A stretch of 64,000 nucleotides of DNA, taken from Takakia lepidozioides. Taxonomy: Eukaryota; Plantae; Bryophyta. Positions 12,673 to 24,420 of this stretch are shown here, in pieces. The notes beneath the pieces were generated by a model. That model ran no database searches. It was not told the DNA's origin and was given only the letters and a program-made list of their open reading frames with translations. The translations under genes and the position numbers were made by a program. Within the stretch, counting starts at the first letter, position 1. Each line of letters begins with the position of its first letter. The stretch lies in contig CM060731.1 in the NCBI GenBank assembly GCA_030704615.1, positions 68,634,001 to 68,698,000 of the forward strand. Direction: 5' to 3'.

Positions 12673-14460
12673 ATGGCAGCCTCCCTCTCGCACTGTACAA
12701 AGCTGGCAGTGCCGTCGCTGCAGGGGCAACAATGGCGAAGGCAAGGTCAAGGCAAGTCGTCTTGTCCGCTTTCGTTCAACACCAGATGCCAGGGAGTTTG
12801 CTCTGCAGGGAAACCTGCATCGACTGTGGGTGTTTTTCCAGGTTCGTTTCTCTTTGTTCTACTTGAACACAAATTTGTGTTTTGAATGTGTTTTCATTCT
12901 CACCGCTTTCCACCCCCCCCCCTCCCCCGGGCGCTCTTTTCTATCCCTGGGTATTTCGCCAGCTCCGCAGTCCTGGGTGATGTGTTCTACCTTTCTGTTC
13001 CAGTGATATGTTGCTGGGGTCAAGCAAGCAGGAAGCGTTGTAAGATAAAGAAGACACGGTGCGTTTGGAGGGGACAATTGTTGAAGTTATGGTGAATTTT
13101 ACATGGTGTGATCATAACCCTAAAGTTGGCTCGGTAACCTTCTTCTCACTTTATGATTATGTTCGTAAAATTTGTTTCGTAAGAACATGCTAAAGTCCGG
13201 ATTATGGTGATGGTAGGCGGCCAGAGTTGGGCCTCGGCGGAGTCCATGTGGGGGCCCATGGCCAGTCAGGCACCAGCTGCACAACGATCTGCAGAGGCTG
13301 ATGTGATGGGGCTTTTGTTACGGCAACGGATTGTGTTCCTGGGGCACCAAATGGACGACTTTGTGGCAGACGCCATCGTCAGCCAATTGCTTCTTTTGGA
13401 CGCAGTTGATCCCACCAAAGATATTCGTCTTTTTGTGAATTGTCCAGGGGGATCCATCAGGTACGTGTGGTGGGATTCTTGGACCTCCTAACTTGTTGCA
13501 TGGCAGGCCTGTACCTCTGTAGGTCAATCTAGTTGTGCTGTGCTGATGTCAATCTAGTTGAGAATTCTCTGTGCAGTGCGGCCATGGGTATTTTTGATGC
13601 CATCCAGCTTTGCCGAGCAGACGTCTCAACAATAGCGTTTGGACTGGCTGCTTCAACTGCAGCAATAGTGCTGGCAGGGGGTTCCAAAGGGAAACGATTG
13701 GCTATGCCTAACGCACGCATCATGATGCACCAGCCCCTGGGAGGGGCTAGTGGGCAGGCTATAGATGTGGAGATCCAGGCCAAAGAGGTTATGTACCACA
13801 AAAATAACATCACACGCATTATGTCAGAGATTACTGGGCGATCATTTCAGCAGGTCAGTATTTCTATGCTCTCAATTTGCCTGGGTCATCAAAAGTTACA
13901 GTTCTCCATGCAGGGTGTGGAGGAAAACCTACTGCCAAGGGTATGACAGGAAAAATAGGACATCAGCCTTCCTGATTGGCTGAGTTGCTGGCGAACTTGT
14001 CAGCCAGTGGTGGCATGTGAAGGCTTTTTCCTTCAATTGTGAAACTCCTGCTAAGTTTCCTTCATGCACCGACAGTCAGAGGCCATTGATTCCCCTGTTG
14101 ATTGTAGGGCTCACATTAGCATTGGACTGAAAAGTATGGTGATAAGGGGGGAAGGTTCCAAAAGAAAGTGTAAAGGTTGGTTGCAGTCGAGATCTGCTCA
14201 GATCATTGGACATGTTTGTATGTGAAATTCTGAGTTTGAAAACTGTTGAACAGGTAGAGAAGGACATTGACAGAGATCGCTACATGTCACCAGTCGAAGC
14301 AATGGAGTATGGACTGATTGATGGTGTAATCGACAAGGATGCCATCATTCCTTTATCACCCATGCCAGAGAGGGTGAAACCTCGAAGGGAAAATCTTGAG
14401 GCAGAGAAAGACCCACGCAAGTTCTTGACCCCTGTTATCCCAGATGATGAGATATATTAG
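12673..14460 (+). CDS. CLPP4: Plastid ATP-dependent Clp protease proteolytic subunit 4. Confident exons 13217-13460, 13577-13853, 14254-14460; transit-peptide exon(s) from ATG 12673 not fully resolved
   Basis: [22 protein letters not shown] (catalytic Ser), IMMHQPLGG (His), [10 protein letters not shown], and the ClpP4-type C-terminus [14 protein letters not shown]-terminus [10 protein letters not shown] is transit-peptide-like. Confidence 0.93.
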
Positions 14461-17400
14461 TGTATTCATTGTTTAAAGCTATACTTTTAGGGAAGGTTGA
14501 AATCTGTTATTCATTCTTTACTGCTACAGCAGTCTACGTTGTGCATGTGTCTTGGTATGGATCTGCACTGTGTGTGTCTGTTCTTCCGGCTCTATCCCTC
14601 TCCTTCTTTTCCCAGAGGTAATATAGGTCTCCTCCAAAGTCTTGGTCTTGATACCATGTATAGCTGGATTGTTGTATTCTTGGGAGTTTGTACATGGGCA
14701 ACAGCCTTCCTCACCCAAAACCCCAGCTAAGCTTCTGGTGAGCTTTCTCTCCATAGGAGTCGCTGGCTAAGTGTCACGCAGCTTGCTGCTTTTGGGGTCT
14801 TTTGTCCAATAGTTCATCTTAGTTCAATGTCAGGGGTGCGGCGAGCAATCGATTGTGTTCCATTTGTTTTCCCTCTGGAGTCAGTAGAGTGCGTGAATCA
14901 AAGTGCTACCTAAAACCCTACCCCCAGAGTGCGCAAACAGCACTCTAATGAGCTCGAAGAACTAAGAATTGAAACCTGTAGGATCCGGAATGCTTATACT
15001 AAGGGGTTCCTTATTGGACCCGCTTTCATCATTAATCCTGAGGGGTCCAAAGGGTGAGCAAGATGGCAATTGCCTCAACAGTCATCCCAATTTCTCCTGC
15101 TCCTGCCTTAAGTTGAGTTTTCTCTCTTCTTCCCTTCCAGTTATCCTTTGTTGGGCACCAAGCTGCAGGGATAAAAGAGTGAACATATCATCATCAAGAC
15201 TTCTAGACTTCCTATACTGACTGTGGTCCAACAGTGCCGGACACCCAGACTTCTGGTGCTGGTGCATTCTCCCCTTTTAACTAGTGGGCTGAAGCCTCCA
15301 GGGGACAGATCATATGGAACTTGCATCGTGCTACAGACAATTAACTCCATAATGTTCAAGTTTTGAAGTTCATATTTTGCGGCGTTTGAGTTAGGAGCCC
15401 ATGTTGATCTCTCTTTGGACAGCTCGCTTATCCATTTTCATCAGAGCTTAAAAGAGCTGCCTAATGTTGAACAAGTCGAGATCACTCAGCCATTAGCAGT
15501 CCATGTAGACTGAACAGAGATCCTGGTTTTCAAAGGTTGCTCAACTTTGCACTATAGTGAGAGGAACAGGGCCTCAGTGTCACCAACGGCTGATCCACCA
15601 TACTAATACAACTTTCCAAACAAAATAGCTGTTCGACGGCAATCTATGGTAGCAATCTGCAGAGGAGAGGCCCAAACACTAAGCTCAGACTTCGCCATAG
15701 TAAACAGATGGATGCATTATGACAACTGGTTCAAACGTTCAAACTCTTTGGGCGCTTTGTGAAATTCTTGGAATGGAAGGATTCACTGGTAAGGTTTTGA
15801 AATCCTTACACCATACAAGATGGAGTGTACAGACTGGTGTGACACACTATGGTCGACCACGATCCATACCTTCACATCTTTTTTGTTGCGACTTGTGAGA
15901 TTCCAAAAAGAGTTTGGAGAACAAAGTTTGTAGGTAGGCAATCGGTATCTATGAGATAGTGTGCAGTACTAACTTGATACGCAAGATTGCATGAGGATTT
16001 TTGCAGAGGGAGGCACATGAAATCCTTGGGTACTTCATGAATGTGAGGGACAATATGGAATGTCTACAGAGATCAGGTTGATTATTGAGTACTCTTAGCT
16101 CCCTCTTCTATGTGACTAACTGGAGACTTACTTAGAAATGCATCAAAAACTCTCAGCACCAAAGCTTTACAAGCTCTTTTTCTTAATCTGTTGTTGACTG
16201 CTATAAACAACCTATATAAGAATTATGCTCAATCTATGTTCTCTTCCTCCCATTAATACAATTCTCCAGTCTACAATTGTTGTTACCCGTTGGGGATTCT
16301 GCCTATCAAACTAGTGATAGTTCGCATTTCTTGTTCTAGAGAGCAATGACCGGGTATTATAGTAGTTTGTTTACAGGGTCTAAACATTGTGTCTAAGAAA
16401 AGCATCCGCCAAATAGTGGTTAGGGCACAAACAAGAAGTGATGGTGGATTTAAATCAATAGAGGTAGTGAGTTGGACCACTCATCATCCATTTTCAATAG
16501 TTTACAAAGCTTAGTCTTGTTAAATCCCATTCCTGGGCATTTGCCGAATTTGTCTTATTCACCTCATTTTTAGTGGCCAATTCACATTTGTAGCGAATTT
16601 ATCATGATAACCCAACTGATGTGGCAAATAAATGATCTATGGGATGTTGATGGGTTCACTCTACGAGCAGCCATACCAATTGTGAGCAATGACACTTTCA
16701 TACGCATGATCCATTAACACAATGAAACTTTAGTCATGCCCCTTAACATGATATCTATGTAGAATATGACAAGATCAATCTAACATACCACAACATTGAG
16801 GGGGTTTACAACGTCCGTGCAACTTTGTGGAATATTTGTTAAACCCCCATATCAGCCCAAACTGTGAATGCAGAGAAGTCCTCCCCTAATTTTATGATTT
16901 CCCAAAGGTCGCATTGTCTTTTTCAAATAGTGGTACTGCAACTACTTTTTTGTCTCTTGACATTGCAAAGTCGTAGAGCCGCAAACTGCAACTATTACAA
17001 GTATAAAAGTGATGTACTAACATGTGTGTCGGTTAGTGTCCAATGACTTAACGATGTTGTAGCACGGATGTCTCCGTTCAAGTACGGGAGTGGGTCGCAC
17101 CACGCAATATTAATGTCTAGTAGCAGCCATACATGCATACAGCCATAAGCAACTAATCATCGTTCTACTATCTACTTTTTAGTGTCACCACAGTGTCTTT
17201 CTAAGGGTTTCAGACCATCAGGTTTCATTGATCCCTTAGTTCATATACATGTTCATTCATTTTTAGATACATGATTTAAGCATTTTGATTGTATCTTTGA
17301 CTCGACAATAAAAAATATATATATATATATATTAGTTTTTTGTGTTTATAATTTTGGATTTTTTAATATTTCTCATCATTGCTTGTAACATCTATTCCAT

Positions 17401-18802
17401 ATTGTTTCAAGTGTTATACTCCTTTTGTATGGTCATACAAATTGACCATTATATTCAGTGATTGCCGTCCAAGTTGGGTTGGATGGTGGTAGATGCCTCC
17501 AACTCATTGAAACAGATGGTGCATTCATATTTTTGCACATGTTCGGCATCCTCTCTCTTTTTGAGATTGTTTGCCTCTTCAAACTGCCGGATGGCCTGAA
17601 CTACGTCGTGATGCCGCTTCAGCTTTTCTTCAGACTGCGTTCATTGCACCACAAACATCCATGGATACTGTTCAATATTTTCTTAACATGATGCTCAGAA
17701 GTAGCTTTGTTTGTCAGGGAGCAACCTAAAGTACAACACTGTGAAGAAAATCGAGCACAATTCATCTTTGTAAAAGATATTCAGACCTCACAAGATCAAC
17801 TCGCATGCCTGCGTGATATGCTTGTGAAAAATCCATGACTCAAACATGCTACAGATTACAAGTTAGCAACAAAGTAGCAACATAGGACGAACAACAATTT
17901 GTTTGTTCTAGTGCAGACGAATTATTTCAACCATCAGGTATGTGTGATGCATAACTTGGGGTCTGACACTGTACACTGGTGTTTACATCAATCTTGTATC
18001 ACCACACATGGAAGTGAGGCATGCACCTTCATTACAACCCCTCGAATAGCTTGAGCCTGAATGTGCATGGTTTCTTCCGCTGTACAAATAACAAGTTTCG
18101 TAACTTCCTTTCTTCCTTATCCCTTAAACGACAAGTGACCCGTTTTGGGCCTCGCAGAGCAAGGAAAATGGAACAACTTTTTGGGATTTTGTCAGAATTG
18201 CATGAAATTTAGTGGAGTTGTTCCTTGTCAGGTGTAGGGTCGAGATACGCCAGCTAATCACCCCCAATTTGATTTTAGGGTTACGTCTAGAAGGTCGCAG
18301 CGGCGGGGGGCAAGTTCCCGCGTGAAACCTGCCTTTCCCGCGCTTCTTCTTCTCTCTCGCTCCCCGCTCGCGCGAAGGCAACGTCTGCCCCACTTGTTTG
18401 CAGGTTGCCGTTGTTGATTCCTTTTTCTTGTTCTTGCTTTCAAAGTGTATGAGCCCAAGCGTTGCTGCACCTTTCATGCCAGCCGCTCGTCTCTACAAAG
18501 AGCGTTGGAAGGGAGATCATTTGTGTATGCATTGAAGTGGTTACTTGGAATTCCCCAGTCCCATTTCGTCGACAGAGATCAGATTTTCGTAATTTCGAGC
18601 AAGTACCACAACCTTCTTTGTTGAAGGGGCCCATGGGAGGGGGCATTCCTCGTTTCAGCCACTTCGTGAATCCAAATGTCTAAGAAGGGGATTCCTTAGC
18701 TCGCACTCCTGAGCCTCACCCCTCTCAAGTTCGGGAAAGCTGGACTTGTCCATTACTATCTCAACGTCGAAAGCGGGATAGGGAAGATGCCATGACATTT
18801 GT

Positions 18803-19642
18803 AGGCGGGGGAAAAGGGCGGGGGACCCTCGACGTCCATCAGGCTGCTTGGGCATTGGAGGGGTGGTGGGGGGGGGGGACGGGGGGGGGGGGGGGGGGGG
18901 GGGGTGTGGGTGGGTCCCGTCGGGCTGCTCGAGCGTGGGGGGTGCTGAAAGCCAGGGCGGGACGGACGAGGGTCTTGGACCTCACAGCACCCTCGACCCT
19001 TGGGCTGCTCGGGCGTGGGGGGGGGGGTAGGCCAGGGCGAGACGGTCGAGGGTCTCGGCGCGACGCCCCTGGGTGTGGTGGAGGGCAAGTGGGGAAAAAG
19101 GGCGGGACAGTCAAGGGTCTCGGCCCGCGCTGGACCCTTGACCATCAGGCTGCTCGGGCTTTGGGAGGGGGCGGGGGGGGGAAGGCCAGGGCGGGACGGT
19201 CCAGGGTATCGGCCCTCACGAGACCCTCGACCGTCGGGCTGCTCGGGCGGTGGGGGGATGCTAGCGGTTGGGCCTGTCATGGGTCCCACTTGGCAGGTCC
19301 CAAGCCTTGGGTCTCGGCCAGTGAGACCCAAGGCTGCTTCCCTTTCGGCATTACCTCCACCGACAGATTGCTACTTTGCTATCAAGGCTTTAGGTTGATA
19401 ATGCACTCTTTAATGAAGCACTGCAAGATGCATAGTTGCAATGCTTGCAAGTAATGTTGGACCTCCCTAATATGGCCTTAGATATGCTAACTTTCATGGG
19501 GCAGGCGGGGAAAAAGGGCGGGACAGTCAAGGGTCTCGGCCCGCGGGGGACCCTCGACCGTTAGGCTGCTCGGGCTTTAATGGGGGGGGGGGAAGAGAGA
19601 GGCCAGGGCGGGACGGTCAAGGCCCTCACGGGACCCTCAACC
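18803..19642. repeat. GC/G-rich degenerate tandem repeats (ccagggcgggacggtc..gaccctcgacc..ggctgctcggg + poly-G), probably a non-autonomous TE remnant
   Basis: Unit recurs about 4-5 times at 18803-19260 and again at 19500-19642, with long G runs. Confidence 0.7.
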
Positions 19643-20554
19643 TGACTGCAACAAATCTAGCACATTGTGCCCTTTCTGCACGTACTAAATCATGTATGAC
19701 CTCATTCCACAATGACAATAGAAAACTAGTCAACACAAAAGAAGTACTTGGTGAAAGACTCAATGGGCGAAATGCCTTTATTGAAAGCAAGAGAGTGTGA
19801 AAAGTGGAGGTCATCCAGTCAGGAGACTATGAAAACTCTTACAATTCAGACCTGCCATGGGAAATGTCAGGATCATCCAAAAATCCTTTGGAGGGGTCTA
19901 CCACTATGATTCCCCTCATACTTTCGGATGAGTGCCAGAAACTCTTCTACCCATCCCTCCCCCATGTCTACATGGTATCCCCACTCCATAATCCATCCCC
20001 CTCCATACCGATTGCTCGTGTGTTGCCAGGTCTTCAACACAAGTTTGTCCACAAAACCCAATAGCACATGGCACAAAATGACTGCTCCCTGCTCCTCCTC
20101 GTCAATTGTGTAGAAACACTTGAGGTCACCTATGTGGACAGTCATTGTGCGCAATCCTCCCTGGATGTTGTATAGCCAGACCTTTTCTGCCCTTCTCCCG
20201 TTTGTACCTTCTCAAGAAGGTGCAAGATGACATCTCTCTCGCTCTCTATCGCTCTCTCTCTCTCGCTCTCTTCTCTTCTCTCTCGCGCGTTTGGTGTTTT
20301 TCAATTCAGATTTCAAAGTCCTCTTCTCCACACAGTACAGACCTTTGCCTTCGTAGCTTAAGGTAGACATGGGTTTTGGGTCGGCAGTATCTCTCATTCT
20401 CAGCAAAATCTATCCAGATTTCAAAGCATTGCCATCCCACCCAAAAATCCAGAACATATAATGATAACAACTCTACTGGAGCCAGCTGCTTTTGTACAAC
20501 CAGCCAAGCATGCTCTGTAACTGACGTTGCTGAAAGCTATTTTGAAAGTTACAA

Positions 20555-20960
20555 TGCTCCCACATTTGGCATACATGTCCACAAGGGCAGTGTCCAGAAT
20601 CACATCTGGTACAATTCCAGATTGACATGCAACCATGGTTATTTGCCCTTTTCCAGGGCTACCAGGCTTGCACACAAAAGTTATGTGGTCGGGCTTCACC
20701 CCTTCCCCCCTCATTTGCTCATAGGTCTCCAAAGCCTCCATCCCATGCCCCTACTGTGCACATCCTTCAAGCATCGCGCGTTCCATAACATCATATCTCG
20801 TCCAGCCATAGTGTTGAACATTCCCTCCGCACTCTCAATGCTCCCACATTTGGCATACATGTCCACGAGGGTATTGTTCATAATCACATCTGGTACAATT
20901 CCAGCTTTTGTGATGCAACCATGCACCTCTTTGCCCTTTTCCAGGGCTACCAGGCTTGCA
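20555..20960 (-). pseudogene. PLS-class PPR fragment, inverted relative to the adjoining + strand PPR
   Basis: TLVDMYAKCGSIESA, GVKPDHITF motifs with frameshifts. Confidence 0.85.
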
Positions 20961-21672
20961 GGGGCGCGGGGCCTTGGAGACCTATGAGCAAATGATGAAG
21001 GAAGGGGTGAAGCACAACCACATCACGTTTGTGTTGTTTGCAATGCTTGTGCAAGCCTGGCAACCCTGGAAAAGGGCAAAGAGATACACGGTGACATCAT
21101 CAAAGTTGGAATTGTACCAAATGTCATTCTAGACACTGCCCTGGTGGACATGTATGCGAAATGTGGGTGCATTGAGGATGCAAAGGGAATATTTGACAAT
21201 GTGCAGGCTGAACGAAATGTGGTATCATGGAACACGATGATTGCAGGATATACCCAGCATGGTTGTCATAGGGAGGTCCTGCAACTATTTGAAGGAATGC
21301 AAAAGAACGGTTTGAAGCCGGACAATATCATCTTTATATGTGTTCTCTCTGCATGCAACCACATTGGCCTACTGGATGAAGGAAGACACTACTTCGATTC
21401 CCTTAGTCATGGTGTCACTCTGACATTAAAGCACTTTGGCTGCATGGTGGACCTTTTTGGACGTGCAGAACAACTACATGAGGCAGTGGACCTGATTAGT
21501 AAAATGCCATCAATCCAAATGTTGTGGTGCCTGCAGAATCCATGGCAATGTGGAGATGGCTGAACGTGCGGCAACATCTATCCTCACGTCGGATGAACAG
21601 GATGTCGCGACTTATGTGTTGTTATCAAATATCTATGCTGCAGCTGGCAGGTGGGATCCATCTGAGCAGTAG
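20961..21672 (+). pseudogene. PLS-E class PPR (organelle RNA editing factor-like) C-terminal part, frameshifted
   Basis: DMYAKCGCIEDA, NVVSWNTMIAGY, HFGCMVDLFGRA, then in another frame the E-domain CRIHGNVEMAERAA...TYVLLSNIYAAAGRWD. Confidence 0.88.
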
Positions 21673-21938
21673 AATGTTCTCCCTGCATTTTACCAGCACC
21701 TAACAACAAGCTGTATGTCCCATCAGATTTCACATGAGCTTGTTCTTCCTTGTACAACAATTTGACACTTAGATTAGTTTATATAGCTACCGGGATATTA
21801 AATTAAAATCCAAACTATTTGAAATCTACAGGGCAGTCTTGCTTCCAAGATAGAGAATTGATTAATTTAGGATATCATACGTTGCAGCTGACCCCACCAT
21901 CTGACCTTGAATTCATCGCGTCAGGTTCTTAAGGGGGG

Positions 21939-21971
<33 letters not shown>

Positions 21972-21984
21972 ATTTCTCTCCTGA

Positions 21985-22420
21985 TACCCTTTCGAAAATG
22001 ACAAAGAAGTCCATGGTGACGTCGTAAGAGCTGGAATTGTATCAGATGTCATTCTAAACCCTACCTTGGTGGACATGTAATTCAAGAGCGGGTGCAACAA
22101 GGTGGTTTAACTAATGTAGTGTGTTGACAATATGGCTGAACGAGATGTGGGGTTGTGGAACATGATGAATGCAGGATATGCATAGTAGGGGTGCGGGATG
22201 AAGACTTTGGCATAGAGACCTTTGAGCAAATGATGCAGGAAGGGTTGAAGTTGGACCAGATCATGTTTGTTTGTGTTTATAATGCATGAACAACCATGCA
22301 AGCAGCCCTCAAAAAAGGCAAAGAGGTCCATAATGATGTTGTCAAAGCTAGGGTTATATCAGGTGTCATTCTGAACAGTACCCACGTCAACATGTATGTC
22401 AAATGTGGGAGCAACGAGAT
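21985..22420 (+). pseudogene. Degraded PPR repeat fragment
   Basis: KKGKEVHNDVVKA, NMYVKCGS with stops. Confidence 0.7.
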
Positions 22421-22607
22421 CTGTTATTACTATTATTGTTTTTTTCCTTTTGTACTCGATTCACCATCTCCCCGACAGGCCGGTCCAGGCTGTCCCTCTA
22501 TCAATTTGCAAGTAGTTTTAGAAGATGTTTCTTCCTCGCCAAGGTAGATCCAGTATTTTCTTTAGCATTCACCCTTCGCAATTCTTCTCCTCCATCCAGG
22601 AGCTCGC

Positions 22608-23050
22608 AACTTGTGAGCTCCTGCCTGGCCCAGACTCTAGGGTAGCTCTTCAGTCTCCTCTACGTTCATCCTCTTGGATGGTTCTCTCTTTCCAATATTC
22701 TCTCTTTGTTAAGTATCTTGGGTTCGTCCCTCACTACCAAGTGTGTATGCCTCATGGCCCCACAGGGGTTTATTTGATCCCCAAGCAATAAAATATCGGG
22801 GCCCTTTATTATTAAAAAAATAAAAATAAAATGAAGGGCTTCATCCCCAACTCGTGAGCTCCTGCCTGGCCCACACTCTAGGGTAGCTCTTCAGCCTCCT
22901 CTACCTTCATCCTCTTGGATGGTTCTCTCTTTCCAAGATTCTCTCTTTGTTAAGTATCTTGGGTTCATCCCTCAAGTGTATGCCTCATGGCCCCATAGGG
23001 GTTTATTTTATCCCCAAATAAATAAATAAAAATGAAGGGGCTTCATCCCC
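22608..23050. repeat. Tandem duplication, ~241 bp unit
   Basis: gtgagctcctgcctggccca.actctagggtagctcttcag...aaaatgaagggcttcatcccc occurs at ~22608 and ~22849. Confidence 0.9.
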
Positions 23051-24046
23051 TTTCTTCACACACATACACGGAATAGTAGCATAGTTTTAGTTTTAGTGAT
23101 CACACACACAAGGATACAGTAGAATAGTTTTTTGTTTTTTTTTTGTTTCTTTTTTACCTTTTTGGAGAGGTGGGGGGGGGTTAGAGTGATCACACACACA
23201 CACACACACACAAGGATACAGTAGCATAGTCTTTTTTTTTAGTGATCCAAATTGATAGTCTTATTGAGTTGTTTCAGGTGTTTAAGTTGGCCTAATATGT
23301 TGATTTTGAGAGAGAGTAAATTGGAGAACACTAAGAATAATGTAAGAACTCAATGCACAAGTGTGAGCTCTGATAGGACGGTATGCCGGTTTCTGGCATA
23401 TCAAATCTTCCCCACCCTCTCTCGAGACATGTATAAGCATAATGGAATTTAATTTGTAACGTGGTGACACTGGGTTCTACATGGGAGGGAGTGGAAACTC
23501 CACTCGGGGGTGCACTCTTCATAAAAAGACCATATCACGTGCGTGCATCAGCCAATAAACAATATCCCTGTATATAGTTTAATTCATGACTATCATATGT
23601 ATACATATTTTAATTTTTTTAATTAAAACCCCTAAAATATTTATATAAAACAAACAATTAATGAATAACAATACCCTGCTGTATGTATTCATGGGTTCAT
23701 TGAGAATATAAAAACCCTTTATTTATGTATAATTTTCAATACAAAATTATGGGCAAATTATAGATCGGATTTAAAAAAAATCAAAATAACTTGTGTAACC
23801 AATAAAAATTAGTATAAAACTTATTTTCCATTTATAAAATTGTTAAAACAGGCTGAAATGTGTTGAGGAAGGTGCCTTCATTAGCAGTGCTTTGTTTTAT
23901 CAATTGTGTTGATGCCGCTGCTGTTTCCACTTAGGCCGGGGGGTTTGTGTGCAACAGCTGCTGCTGATGCTCCTCTCTCCCTCCCCGTTTTCCTTAGGGG
24001 GAGAGAGACAGCAGCAGCAGCTGTTGCTTTCTCCCTGCTCAGGCAA

Positions 24047-24409
24047 ACAAAATACGTAGAGCCATGGTAGCATATGGTATAGAGTGCCTGGCTTACAGTG
24101 TTCCACGTTATCTAGTCAGTTAGAATCAAGCTAGGTAGCAATGAGTGTTCTGTCTTCCCGCCTTGCAGGCTGTGAACACTAGAAGCTGTAGCCAGGAGTA
24201 TAAGCAGCCGCCAATGTATCTACTCTAGGTTATCTGTATATTCTGTCGCCTGACAGACTAAGTCCTTGCCTAAGGACTGTGTAAGGGATGCCAATCCCCT
24301 GTTTTTCCATTAATGCAAGTCGCTGCAAAATTGTGGAATAGTGCTGTGTATGTGTCAAGCGAGTTGAATGCTTGAGCAGTGTTGGTGTGTTTCCAAGTTG
24401 CATTTAACA
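24047..24409 (+). repeat. 5' LTR (shared portion; the true start may lie further upstream)
   Basis: Matches 28583-28956 and ends ...ttgcatttaaCA. Confidence 0.85.
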
Positions 24410-24420
24410 GGTTATGGGCC
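24410..24420 (+). promoter_or_regulatory. Primer-binding site GGTTATGGGCC (half-tRNAi-Met type)
   Basis: Lies immediately after the LTR terminal CA. It is not a TGG.. 3'-CCA type PBS. Confidence 0.8.

Noticed and set aside
17455-17640. Minus-strand YECTICFNE RING-like start
   Set aside because: Only the first Cys pair is present before a stop, and there are upstream stops; insufficient to call a gene.
18756-19454. Pro-rich/Gly-rich ORFs (extensin-like)
   Set aside because: Artefacts of poly-G/C repeats, open in several frames on both strands.
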